Shown here: one piece after another, positions 19,203 to 28,775 of the stretch
Position numbering within the stretch: the first letter of the stretch is position 1
Layout: every line of letters begins with the position of its first letter
Assembly: GCA_047285535.1 (NCBI GenBank)
Contig: JBJBDC010000001.1
Location: 2,528,136 to 2,592,135 of the forward strand
DNA length: 64,000 nt
DNA from: Synechococcus sp.
GTDB taxonomy: Bacteria; Cyanobacteriota; Cyanobacteriia; PCC-6307; Cyanobiaceae
Direction of reading: 5' to 3'
Program-made: the position numbers and the translations under genes
Notes under the pieces: model-generated
What the model was told of the DNA's origin: nothing
The model's input: the letters and a program-made list of their open reading frames with translations, nothing else
Database searches by the model: none

Positions 19203-20410
19203 CCCATGTCTGCCGCCACTGCGGATCGCTGCTTGAGCACACGGTGATCGACTTAGGGCATCAACCGCCCAGCAATGCTTATCTCACCCCCGATCAGTTG
19301 ACTAAGCCAGAAATCACTTATCCGCTCAAGGTGTTTGTAAGTACAGATTCTTGGCTAGTGCAGCTTCCGGCCCATGCAGCTGCTAACCAGCTTTTTACCG
19401 CCGACTATGCCTACTTCTCCAGCACCTCAGTCAGTTGGTGCGCCCACGCTGAGCGATTTGTAACGGCAGCAGTAGAGCGCCTTGGCCTTGGTCCCACCAG
19501 CCATGTTGTGGAATTGGCTTCAAACGATGGATACCTGCTGCAGTACGTGCAACAGAGAGGCATTCCTTGCCTGGGTATTGAGCCCACCCGAGCCACGGCA
19601 GAGGCTTCGCGAGAAAAAGGAATCGAGACAATCGAGCGTTTCTTCGGGTTGGCGATGGCTGACGAGTTGGAGCCAGCCGATCTGATTGTTGCCAACAACG
19701 TGCTCGCCCATGTGCCTGACATTAATGATTTTGTGGCTGGCATTGCTCGACTTCTCAAACCTCACGGCCGTGCCTCAATCGAGTTTCCTCATCTGCTGCG
19801 ACTTCTGGCTGGCAATCAATTCGACACGATTTATCATGAACATTACAGTTACCTAAGCCTAAGAGTCGTGCAGCGCATCGCTACAGCAGTAGGTCTGCAA
19901 GTAGTAGATGTTGAGCAGCTTTCTACCCATGGCGGCAGCTTGCGGGTCTGGCTAGCTCACCAGGGGTCTACGGAGGTAACTTCGGTAGTGGAAGAAGTGC
20001 TTTCAGCTGAATCTGCTGCGGGCCTTGAAACGCTAAGTGCTTATGCAGGATTTCAGCAACGAGCTGAGGTCGCGAAAAACTCTTTGCTGGAATTTCTGCT
20101 GAAGGCCAAACATCAGGGCCGCCGTGTACTGGGTTATGGAGCCGCAGCTAAGGGCAACACTTTGCTTAATTACGCCGGTATCCGTGCTGACCTCCTGCCT
20201 GCAGTTGTTGACCGTGCTTCCAGTAAGCAAGGTAAGTTCCTGCCCGGCAGCCACATTCCAGTAATTAGCCCAGAGCAGCTCATCACAGAGACTTACGACA
20301 CTCTTCTGGTGCTTCCTTGGAACCTGATCGATGAAGTACGAGAGCAATTCCCTGACAAAGATCTGGTTACAGCGATTCCAGAGTTGAGATATTGGCAAGG
20401 AGGTCATTGA
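19199..20410 (+). CDS. SAM-dependent NDP-sugar C-methyltransferase
   Basis: CRHC, DLG.QP.SN, YAYFSS, VELASNDGYLL, NNVLAHVPD, FDTIYHEH..Y, THGGSLR, GYGAAAKGNTLLNY. Confidence 0.88.
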   Translation: MTHVCRHCGSLLEHTVIDLGHQPPSNAYLTPDQLTKPEITYPLKVFVSTDSWLVQLPAHAAANQLFTADYAYFSSTSVSWCAHAERFVTAAVERLGLGPTSHVVELASNDGYLLQYVQQRGIPCLGIEPTRATAEASREKGIETIERFFGLAMADELEPADLIVANNVLAHVPDINDFVAGIARLLKPHGRASIEFPHLLRLLAGNQFDTIYHEHYSYLSLRVVQRIATAVGLQVVDVEQLSTHGGSLRVWLAHQGSTEVTSVVEEVLSAESAAGLETLSAYAGFQQRAEVAKNSLLEFLLKAKHQGRRVLGYGAAAKGNTLLNYAGIRADLLPAVVDRASSKQGKFLPGSHIPVISPEQLITETYDTLLVLPWNLIDEVREQFPDKDLVTAIPELRYWQGGH

Positions 20411-20411
20411 G

Positions 20412-21530
20412 ATGACTAACAGCGAGATTCGCAAGATCCCTTACACCAAGCCATCAATCACTGAACTGGAAGTTCAGTACGCCACTGATGCAGCAGCTAA
20501 CGGCTGGGGTGAACACTGTTACGACTACATCGTTCGCTTCGAAGAGGCTTTCAAGGACTACCTAGGCGTGAAGTACGCCATTGCCACCAGCAGTTGCACG
20601 GGTGCCCTGCACATGGGCATGCACGCCTTGGGTATCGGCTCTGGTGATGAAGTAATCATGGCTGATACCAATTGGATCGCTACCGCCGCACCGATCGCGC
20701 ACTTGGGGGCTTTGCCGGTCTTTGTAGATATCCTCCCTGACAGCTGGTGCCTGGATCCGCAACAAGTGGAAGCTGCGATAACCCCCAAGACCAAGGCGAT
20801 CGTGGCGGTGCATCTCTACGGAAACCTCTGTGACATGGATGCTTTGCAGACGATCAGTAAGCGCCACGGTATCCCCGTGATTGAAGATGCCGCTGAAGCT
20901 GTTGGCTCGATTTATCACGGAAAGCGTGCTGGGAGCATGGGTCGCTTTGGTGCTTTTTCATTTCATGGAACCAAGACGATCACCACTGGGGAGGGTGGCA
21001 TGTTCGTGACCAACGATCCAGATCTTTACGAGCAGGTGCTGACGCTCTCCAATCATGGGCGGGCGCGGGGGCAGATCAAACAGTTCTGGCCCGACATGGT
21101 GGGATTTAAATACAAGATGAGCAATATCCAGGCAGCGATTGGATGTGCTCAAATGGAAAGGATAGAAGCTCTTGTCGATGAAAAAAGATTTATTTTTGAA
21201 TCGTACTTGGCGCGGCTTTCAGAGCTGCCACTATCCCTGAATCCAGAGCCTCCTGGCTGCGTTAATGGATACTGGATGCCTACTATAGTTGCAAATAAAG
21301 ACGCTGAATTCGCCAGAGATAAAATTTTATCTCAAATGAGAGGCAATGGTATTGATGCGCGGGTATTTTTTTGGCCTCTATCTTCTTTGGAGATCGTTGG
21401 TAGAAAAGCATTTGACAGTCCTTATTTCTCCTATCAGGCTTCACGTCGCGGAGTTAATTTGCCGTCGTTTTTTGGTCTAAGCTTGCATGATATATCATTG
21501 ATTTCTGGTATCATTCTTGACCATTCTTGA
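20412..21530 (+). CDS. DegT/DnrJ family NDP-sugar aminotransferase (perosamine-synthase-like)
   Basis: SSCTGALH, VHLYG, IEDAAEA.G, FSFHGTKTITTGEGGM, GFKYKMSN.QAA.G. Confidence 0.88.
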   Translation: MTNSEIRKIPYTKPSITELEVQYATDAAANGWGEHCYDYIVRFEEAFKDYLGVKYAIATSSCTGALHMGMHALGIGSGDEVIMADTNWIATAAPIAHLGALPVFVDILPDSWCLDPQQVEAAITPKTKAIVAVHLYGNLCDMDALQTISKRHGIPVIEDAAEAVGSIYHGKRAGSMGRFGAFSFHGTKTITTGEGGMFVTNDPDLYEQVLTLSNHGRARGQIKQFWPDMVGFKYKMSNIQAAIGCAQMERIEALVDEKRFIFESYLARLSELPLSLNPEPPGCVNGYWMPTIVANKDAEFARDKILSQMRGNGIDARVFFWPLSSLEIVGRKAFDSPYFSYQASRRGVNLPSFFGLSLHDISLISGIILDHS

Positions 21531-21533
21531 GTA

Positions 21534-22637
21534 ATGACTTCTAATCGAAAAAAGTTTTGCCAGGTTTGTGCGTCAGCTTCAATTAACGCTATTAATGTAA
21601 AGGGTCTAAGGAATCTTTGGTCTGACGACCTTTCGCAATCCTCTTTATTTCAATTCTTGATCTGCGAAAACTGCGGTTTTGTATGGAACGCTGATTATGG
21701 GGAATTTTCGTTTACACCTAAGTCTTACGACAATTACACCCCAATCTCCGATTCCGACCAGGAGGAAAAAATATTAGCTTTGAAAATTCGTCAGGCATTT
21801 TTTTCATTGGAGAAAAGCTTGACTCCTGTATTAAATATTATAGAAGTGGGTAGCGGCAGGCGGCTGGGCATGCTTAAAGAGTTGTCAAGCCTGTTTCCAG
21901 ATTCGTCATTTTTTGCTGTTGACCCGATACTTAATGGTCAACAATTTTTTGTTTCTCCTAGTCGCTCAATATCGCTATTGAAGAATTTATTTGATATTCC
22001 TTCCGCAGGCGAGTCCTTTAATGTTCTTATCTTTAGGAATTCGCTGGAGTATTTCCCCCCGTCAGAGCTTAAGAAAGTCTTTAATACGTTTTTCCAGAAT
22101 GAAGGGCTTTTGGTTTCAGAATTGACCTCAATAGATATTGCAAGGCAAGGATATTGTCATGCTTATTCTGAATGCTTAAACTTTTACAGGCCAAGTCATA
22201 TTTCTAGAATTATGTCTGAATGCAATATTAAGTCAATGCCGTTAGAGTCTTCTTTGATGCATGGTGCTGATAGGATGCTCTCAATAACAAGAATACTTTC
22301 TCCGGCTGATTCAAGTAAGACTTTTCTATACGATTCCGTGTACGATTTAATTCCTTCGCTCCAAAAGCATTCCTTGAAGGGCAACCCCTTGACTGTAATG
22401 TATGCCGCCGGAGGTCGTAATATTATGGCAATTCTAAATCACTTTGATGGTATTGTAGATGCCGTTTTTGATTCTGATCCTCGCAGGAAATCTTCTACGC
22501 TGCCATTCTCATTGTGTTTTGTCGAAAGAGATTCTATTCCCAGCTCCGCTAACATAGTATTGTTGAATTCTTCTTTTTTGGCTTCAGCCCGGAAGGTCTT
22601 TCCTGACAATTTGATTTTTGTTTTAACATCATCATGA
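21534..22637 (+). CDS. Divergent SAM-dependent methyltransferase-like protein
   Basis: N-terminal CQVC...CENC, motif I-like IIEVGSG, C-terminal YAAGG..../DSDPRR resembling the C-methyltransferase architecture; AT-rich. Confidence 0.55.
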   Translation: MTSNRKKFCQVCASASINAINVKGLRNLWSDDLSQSSLFQFLICENCGFVWNADYGEFSFTPKSYDNYTPISDSDQEEKILALKIRQAFFSLEKSLTPVLNIIEVGSGRRLGMLKELSSLFPDSSFFAVDPILNGQQFFVSPSRSISLLKNLFDIPSAGESFNVLIFRNSLEYFPPSELKKVFNTFFQNEGLLVSELTSIDIARQGYCHAYSECLNFYRPSHISRIMSECNIKSMPLESSLMHGADRMLSITRILSPADSSKTFLYDSVYDLIPSLQKHSLKGNPLTVMYAAGGRNIMAILNHFDGIVDAVFDSDPRRKSSTLPFSLCFVERDSIPSSANIVLLNSSFLASARKVFPDNLIFVLTSS

Positions 22638-23404
22638 TTCATCCAGATCTTCTTCGACTTCGCGAGTTGATTCTTGCTAAAAACTCACAATCTTTGATTC
22701 AGCAAGACAGCGGTCCATCTGTATTCAGGGGTCTTGGTGGAAATATAATTCTTGATAATTACGCTTATCAGTTTGATTGGCTTGGTAGGCCTGTAATACA
22801 GCTGCCCCAAGATATAGCTGCTTTTCAGGAGACGGTTTTTTCATCACATCCTGATTTGATTCTTGAAACTGGCATTGCCCATGGAGGGTCCCTTGTTCTT
22901 TCGGCATCAATGCTCTGTCTCCTCGATGTGATGGAAGGCCTCGATCCCCGCCAATCTTCACGCAAAGTCGTTGGAGTTGATATTGATATACGCCCCCACA
23001 ATCGCCAAGCCATTGATGAGCATCCCCTGCGCTTCAAGATGGAACTCATTGAGGGATCTTCGATAGATCCCGTCATCATTAAGCAAGTGCGCAGCCATGC
23101 TGATGGCGTTGAAAAGGTGTTGGTCTCTTTAGATTCTAATCACACACACGAGCATGTCCTCGCCGAGTTGAATGCCTATGCCGATCTGGTTTCCGTGGGC
23201 AGCTACTGCATCGTCTTCGATACTCTCATCGAGGATCTCCCGGCTGGGTCATTCCCTGATCGACCCTGGGATGTTGGTAATAATCCCAAAACTGCTGTTC
23301 ATGAATGGCTGAAGAGCCATCCAGAGTTTGAGATTGATAAAGATATTGACAACAAGTTGCTTATTAGCGTGGCTCCAGATGGTTATTTGAAACGGGTTGG
23401 TTAG
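22634..23404 (+). CDS. CmcI ('cephalosporin hydroxylase') family methyltransferase
   Basis: Y.Y.F.WLGRP.IQ.PQD, PDLI.ETG.AHGGS, GVDIDIR, LDSNHTH.HVL.EL, PDRPW..GNNPKTAV. Confidence 0.9.
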   Translation: MIHPDLLRLRELILAKNSQSLIQQDSGPSVFRGLGGNIILDNYAYQFDWLGRPVIQLPQDIAAFQETVFSSHPDLILETGIAHGGSLVLSASMLCLLDVMEGLDPRQSSRKVVGVDIDIRPHNRQAIDEHPLRFKMELIEGSSIDPVIIKQVRSHADGVEKVLVSLDSNHTHEHVLAELNAYADLVSVGSYCIVFDTLIEDLPAGSFPDRPWDVGNNPKTAVHEWLKSHPEFEIDKDIDNKLLISVAPDGYLKRVG

Positions 23405-23496
23405 CGGCTGCATGGCTGCACAGCTCTCAATTGTTAGTAGTTATTTTTCTTTGGAAATTAGAAGATCATTTTAAACTTCATCATGTTTCTTTTTAG

Positions 23497-24549
23497 GTGA
23501 ATAAAGTGGCTCCCAGGCTGACTCTTCTTTGTCCTACATACGAGCGACACCATTACCTTGAGCGCAGCTGCCGTTTTTGGGGTGATCGAAGTAATGTTTA
23601 TGTATTTTACGCGGACGGTTCAGATACGCCGCTGAAATCGAAAAGTATCAGTGCTAAAAATCTTTTATATCTTTATCAACCAATTAGCTATCAGCAGCGA
23701 GTTCTGAATATGTTAGATCAAGTGGAGACTCCCTATGTTTGTATGATGGGTGACGACGAGTTTTATATTCCTTCTTCTCTTGACTCGTGTGTTGAGTTCC
23801 TAGATACTCATCCTGATTATGTGGCTTGTATGGGACGAGCGCTTGGTTTTTCAAGCCGAAGTCATTGCGTTTTATTCCATCATCAATACCCATTGCTTGA
23901 AGGCAGGGATTTGGCATCGAACTTATCTTTTTCTCGATTAACAGAACATTTTTCACAATACGTGCCGGCTCATTGCTATGCGGTCACGCGTTCCGATGTT
24001 TTCAGAGATGCAATGACCAAGGCTCTCAATTGCAATTTGCATATATTTGCAATTTCCGAACTCATTGAAGAATTTATTGTTGTGACCAAAGGTAAAACCT
24101 GCGTTTTGCCAGAGCTTTACTGGCTTCGCTCGCATGAAGCGCCCCCTATTCGGAATACGGGGGATCTTTCGCTTGACCCAAGCAAGTGTTTCGATCATTG
24201 GTGGTTGAGTGAGGAGACTTCGGTTGTGGCCGAAAGACTCTCTTTCTGTGATGAGCTGGCGTTAGTCGCTGATGGTGTCCTAACCCTTGAAGAGGTTGAC
24301 AGCATTTTTGAGTGTTATGTCAAAAACTCATACAGCAGTCAGAGCTCTTTAGGCAGTCGAGCTCGTAACGCGATAATTAAGGCTGCCAAAGGTGTAGTCC
24401 CTAGGCCAATCGTGAATAAATTGAAAAGTATAAATTCACTAGTTAGTAGCGATGATGTCTTCAAAGATCTTAGTATCCAAGGTGTAGCGATTGACAAGGC
24501 GGGTCTGGCTGAATGCGTTGCAGCCATCGAAGCCAGTTGGAATCGCTAG
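23497..24549 (+). CDS. GT2-like glycosyltransferase
   Basis: TLLCPTYERH.YL, ADGS, VETPYVCMMGDDEF (DxD-like), FL..HPDY..C.G. Confidence 0.75.
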   Translation: MNKVAPRLTLLCPTYERHHYLERSCRFWGDRSNVYVFYADGSDTPLKSKSISAKNLLYLYQPISYQQRVLNMLDQVETPYVCMMGDDEFYIPSSLDSCVEFLDTHPDYVACMGRALGFSSRSHCVLFHHQYPLLEGRDLASNLSFSRLTEHFSQYVPAHCYAVTRSDVFRDAMTKALNCNLHIFAISELIEEFIVVTKGKTCVLPELYWLRSHEAPPIRNTGDLSLDPSKCFDHWWLSEETSVVAERLSFCDELALVADGVLTLEEVDSIFECYVKNSYSSQSSLGSRARNAIIKAAKGVVPRPIVNKLKSINSLVSSDDVFKDLSIQGVAIDKAGLAECVAAIEASWNR

Positions 24550-24636
24550 ATCAAGTCCAACTTAAGAAGAACTGCACTTTTATAATGCTAAATACTTCTT
24601 CCTGTTAATATACTTTTTAGTGTCTTCATTTTTTTG

Positions 24637-25662
24637 ATGGTCATAACTGCCGGTCTCGTTGGATGTGGTCGCATGGGGCGTCGTCATGTCGAAGTTATTT
24701 CACAGCTTGGCATCAGGCTATTGACAATAGCTGACCCTATTGACTCTGCTTGTCAATATATCGTGGAAGGCTGGCAAGGACCAAATCCCCCAGCCAAATT
24801 TTCTGATATTGATCAATTGCTGAGACATAGTGTTCCTGATCTTCTTGTGATCGCAACAACAGCGGATATGCATGCAGATCAAGCTCTTCAAGCTATAGAA
24901 GCCGGAGTAAAACTCATATTATTGGAGAAGCCTGTTGTTACATCATTAAGGCAATCTGTTGCTCTTCAGAAGGTTTCTACGCAAAAAGGGGCGCGCATCG
25001 CTGTGAATCATCAGATGCGCTTTCTGCCTCAATACACAATTCCCAAGAATCTTCTTTTCTCAGATGCTTATGGCGGCTTCAAATCAATGCATGTTGCCGC
25101 TGGCAACTTTGGATTGGCTATGAATGGAACCCATTATTTTGAAGCTTTCCGTTTTCTTTCTTCTGAAGGACCTCTCAGCATCTCTGCTTGGTTTGATTCG
25201 GAATCACTTCCTAATCCCCGAGGACTACAGTTTCAGGATGTATCTGGAAGCATTAGAGTTATTACGGCTTCGGGTCATCGTCTTTATCTTGATGCCTCAG
25301 CAGATCAAGGTCATGGCATGCAAGTCACATACATGGCACGGAATGGAAGAATCACTGTAGATGAACTGACTGGTGTTATGAAGTCAGTCGTTCGTGTCGC
25401 AGAAAATCGTGAGGCTCCCACTAGTCGCTACGGGATGCCATTCGAAATTTCGGATCAACAGATCCCTGCAGTTGAACTTGTTGAGTCTACAAAGGGAGTT
25501 CTCAAGGCATTGCTTGCTGGCGAGAACTATCCCACCCTCGCCGATGCCACATTTGCGGTGAAAACTCTTGTGGCTGCCTATCACTCTCATCGCCAGGGCG
25601 GTGCAGTTGTCCATTTGGCTGACGTTGCCGATGATGATCTTGAAGTTTTCCCTTGGGCATGA
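24637..25662 (+). CDS. Gfo/Idh/MocA family oxidoreductase
   Basis: GLVGCGRMGRRH, IATTA..H, LEKP, NHQ.RF, NGTH. Confidence 0.85.
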   Translation: MVITAGLVGCGRMGRRHVEVISQLGIRLLTIADPIDSACQYIVEGWQGPNPPAKFSDIDQLLRHSVPDLLVIATTADMHADQALQAIEAGVKLILLEKPVVTSLRQSVALQKVSTQKGARIAVNHQMRFLPQYTIPKNLLFSDAYGGFKSMHVAAGNFGLAMNGTHYFEAFRFLSSEGPLSISAWFDSESLPNPRGLQFQDVSGSIRVITASGHRLYLDASADQGHGMQVTYMARNGRITVDELTGVMKSVVRVAENREAPTSRYGMPFEISDQQIPAVELVESTKGVLKALLAGENYPTLADATFAVKTLVAAYHSHRQGGAVVHLADVADDDLEVFPWA

Positions 25663-26354
25663 ACGTTGATTCTGAGCCTGAGGATGCCATTCTCTTTTCA
25701 GAAAGCTACCTACATTGGATAACGAGGGCTGGAGCTAGTAATGGCTGGTTCCAGCTTGATGCAGTCCTGGAGGTGATCCCTGCCGGAACCACGGCACAGT
25801 TCCAATATGTGCTTGCAGCCGGAGTGCCTGCTGGTCGAATGTACGCAACCTCAGGTCCATTACTCCGTCAGCCTCCTTATAGCTTTCAGATGATCACTGG
25901 GCTGAATGAACACACAATTCTGAGGCGTGAATTGTTTACATCAAATCCTTCCCAAGTCGCTGATACTAGTGATTTCCATTCTAAACAATTTCATAGTGTC
26001 GACTGGCACATAACTACCATGCCAGCTATCCGTCTTAAACCTAATTCAGTTCCCAAACTTGCTGGTCAATCAGCTAAGAATATATTGCTCGAATATCACG
26101 TGCATGGATCAGTTCTCCGCTTGGAAGCACCACTTCGACATTGGAACTACCGGGCGGATCCAGAGGCTTGGCAAATAGAGACAGGCCCTCTACTGTGGCC
26201 CCTCAGAATTAAAGATCTTTTGTACTCGCCGCAGAGCTCCGGTCTCACTACAGCATGGTTGCATGCCAACAAAGATAATCGGATCACTATCAGTGGCGAT
26301 CGGTTGGCAGCCCAAGAAATTGAAGCCCAGCTTTATCTTTTGGAAACTATCTGA
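25659..26354 (+). CDS. Hypothetical protein
   Basis: ~231-aa ORF coupled to the upstream gene (ATGA overlap) and ending 5 bp before the next gene; no motif recognised. Confidence 0.65.
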   Translation: MNVDSEPEDAILFSESYLHWITRAGASNGWFQLDAVLEVIPAGTTAQFQYVLAAGVPAGRMYATSGPLLRQPPYSFQMITGLNEHTILRRELFTSNPSQVADTSDFHSKQFHSVDWHITTMPAIRLKPNSVPKLAGQSAKNILLEYHVHGSVLRLEAPLRHWNYRADPEAWQIETGPLLWPLRIKDLLYSPQSSGLTTAWLHANKDNRITISGDRLAAQEIEAQLYLLETI

Positions 26355-26359
26355 TTGAT

Positions 26360-27322
26360 ATGTTGACTCCTGTTCGCGTTGCTGTAATTGGTGCTGGTTA
26401 CATGGCCAGTGAGCACTTGCGTGCCTTTGATGCTTGCCCTGATGTTCAGCTCGTTGGTATCCACAGTCGCAGCATGGAGCGTGCTCAGGATTTAGCTAAG
26501 CGCTATCCGGGCATGAAAGTTATGGCGACTGTTGATGAGCTTTACGAGTCGACTGTTGCAGATTTAGTTGTGGTCGCTGTACCAGAGCTGGCTTGCAGAG
26601 CAGTTTGCGAGAATGCTTTTCAGTATCCCTGGGCACTATTGGTGGAGAAGCCTGTAGGTCATACGCTTTTAGAAGCTCTTGAAATTGAGCAATTGGCTAA
26701 TAGTCGTGAGACAAAAGTTTATGTTGCTTTGAATCGCCGCTTTTACGGCTCGACTCTTCAGCTACAACATTCACTTCTTGAAACAGAGTCTCCGCGATTT
26801 GTTACAGTTCTAGATCAGGAGGATTCGATAGGTGCTTTGGCTGCCGGCCAGCCTATTGAGGTTGTTAATCACTGGATGTATGCCAACTCAATTCACCTGA
26901 TCGACTATTTCTCTCAGCTTTGTCGAGGAAAGCATGTGGCAACTGAGGTCATGACTCCCTGGAATCCCTCGGATCCTGGCCCCGTGATTGCCCACCTTCA
27001 GTTCAGCTCAGGTGATGTAGGTCTTTACCAGGCTGTATGGAATGCACCGGGCCCCTGGAGTGTTGCGGTAAGTACTTCTTCGCTGCGTGCCGAGCTTCGG
27101 CCGCTTGAGCAGCTGAGTCTGCAACTGGCGGGCTCGCGTCAGGCCCAACTCCAACCGGTCGATCACCTCGATCAGCAGTACAAGCCAGGGCTGCTGCGTC
27201 AAGCTGAGAGCGCCATCCTGACTGTTCGCGGCCAGCAAACCAATATTCCCAGCCTGGCAGAAGCCAACCGCAGCATGGCTTTAGTTGCTTCGATTTATGG
27301 GTTAGGAGGTAAAGCAGCCTGA
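26360..27322 (+). CDS. Gfo/Idh/MocA family oxidoreductase
   Basis: VAVIGAGYMA.EH, VEKP.G, ALNRRFY, ANSIH.ID. Confidence 0.85.
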   Translation: MLTPVRVAVIGAGYMASEHLRAFDACPDVQLVGIHSRSMERAQDLAKRYPGMKVMATVDELYESTVADLVVVAVPELACRAVCENAFQYPWALLVEKPVGHTLLEALEIEQLANSRETKVYVALNRRFYGSTLQLQHSLLETESPRFVTVLDQEDSIGALAAGQPIEVVNHWMYANSIHLIDYFSQLCRGKHVATEVMTPWNPSDPGPVIAHLQFSSGDVGLYQAVWNAPGPWSVAVSTSSLRAELRPLEQLSLQLAGSRQAQLQPVDHLDQQYKPGLLRQAESAILTVRGQQTNIPSLAEANRSMALVASIYGLGGKAA

Positions 27323-27407
27323 TTTGTATGACCTAGATTATTTAACTCAAACCTCAGTTGGAAGAACCCAGCTTCGCAACTTCCCATCATAACTTATCGC
27401 TGTTTCA

Positions 27408-28766
27408 ATGCATCGCTTCCCGTACCCTCAAGCTATTGATACCACCCCTTTTCGGGAAGAGGATCCCAATATCGCTCTATACGGGTTGCCGCTCGATGTT
27501 CGGTTTTGCAAGTCTTGCGTTATTAGCAACCAGCGACCATCTAGTACTGCTGAGTTCAAAAATGATGGGAAGGTTCCTAAGCAAGCCATTCATTTGGACG
27601 ATCAAAATATTTGCGATGCTTGCCGGGTTAAAGAGCAGAAGTCTGCGATCGACTGGGATGCGCGCCAACAGGAGCTTCGCGAGCTGTGCGATCGCCATCG
27701 TCGAACCGATGGCCGCTATGACTGCTTAGTGCCTGGTAGTGGTGGTAAAGACAGTTTTATACAAGCGCACTTTCTTAAATACAAATATGGCATGCATCCT
27801 CTGACCTGCACTTGGGCACCGCATATCTACACCGATTGGGGATGGAAGAATCATCAGGCTTGGATTCATGCTGGATTCGACAATGTTCTCTTTACCCCCA
27901 ATGGTCGCGTTCACCGCCTCATTACCCGGCTGGCCGTTGAAAATTTATTTCATCCGTTCCAGCCATTTATCCTTGGCCAAAAAAACCTGGCCCCGAAGAT
28001 TGCTGCCCAATATAATATCCCATTGATTTTTTACGGTGAAAATGAAGCTGAATACGGCAATCCTAAGGCAGATATGAGTTCAGCCAGGCGTAGTTGGGAT
28101 TACTTTGCATCGTCCAGTCAAGATGAGGTCTTTCTTGGTGGTGCATCGCTTTCAACTCTTCGAGAGCTTGGTATGGAGCCAATTGATTGGGATCCCTATA
28201 TGCCCATTAATCCTCAACAGATTGAAGACAAAAATATTGAAGTTCACTATCTCGGGTATTACGAGAAGTGGCATCCTCAAAGCGCTTACTACTATGCTGT
28301 TGATCATGGCGGTTTCCAAAGCGCGCCAGAGCGAACTGCAGGCACTTACAGCACATATAACTCTATCGATGATCGAATTGACGACTTCCATTATCATACG
28401 ACCTGGATAAAGTTTGGAATCGGAAGGGCGACTTATGACGCTGCTCAAGAGATTCGCTCTGGTGATATCACACGCGAAGAAGGAATCGCACTTGTTCGTA
28501 AATATGATGGCGAATTCCCCCAGCGTTGGGCTGATGAGATCTTCAAATATCTGAGTCTGCCCTTAAATCAGTTTCCAATAGCCTCTGAGGCTTTTGAACA
28601 GCCAATTTTTGACCGAACTTATTACGATTTACTGTCCGATCGTTTCCGCTCCCCTCACCTTTGGAAATTTTCTGATGAATTTGGATGGAGGCTTCGGCAT
28701 CGGGTTTTTGATGAAGAGCATTTTGGGCAAGAACTTTCTGCTTCTTCTTGGCAAGGTAATCCATAA
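27408..28766 (+). CDS. N-acetyl sugar amidotransferase (WbuX/PseA/PtmG-like), copy 1
   Basis: CKSC..SNQRP, CDAC, PP-loop YDCLVPGSGGKDS, FYGEN.AEYG, S.DD.IDD.H....KFG.GRA..D...EIR.G...REE. Confidence 0.88.
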   Translation: MHRFPYPQAIDTTPFREEDPNIALYGLPLDVRFCKSCVISNQRPSSTAEFKNDGKVPKQAIHLDDQNICDACRVKEQKSAIDWDARQQELRELCDRHRRTDGRYDCLVPGSGGKDSFIQAHFLKYKYGMHPLTCTWAPHIYTDWGWKNHQAWIHAGFDNVLFTPNGRVHRLITRLAVENLFHPFQPFILGQKNLAPKIAAQYNIPLIFYGENEAEYGNPKADMSSARRSWDYFASSSQDEVFLGGASLSTLRELGMEPIDWDPYMPINPQQIEDKNIEVHYLGYYEKWHPQSAYYYAVDHGGFQSAPERTAGTYSTYNSIDDRIDDFHYHTTWIKFGIGRATYDAAQEIRSGDITREEGIALVRKYDGEFPQRWADEIFKYLSLPLNQFPIASEAFEQPIFDRTYYDLLSDRFRSPHLWKFSDEFGWRLRHRVFDEEHFGQELSASSWQGNP

Positions 28767-28775
28767 CGTGAAAAG

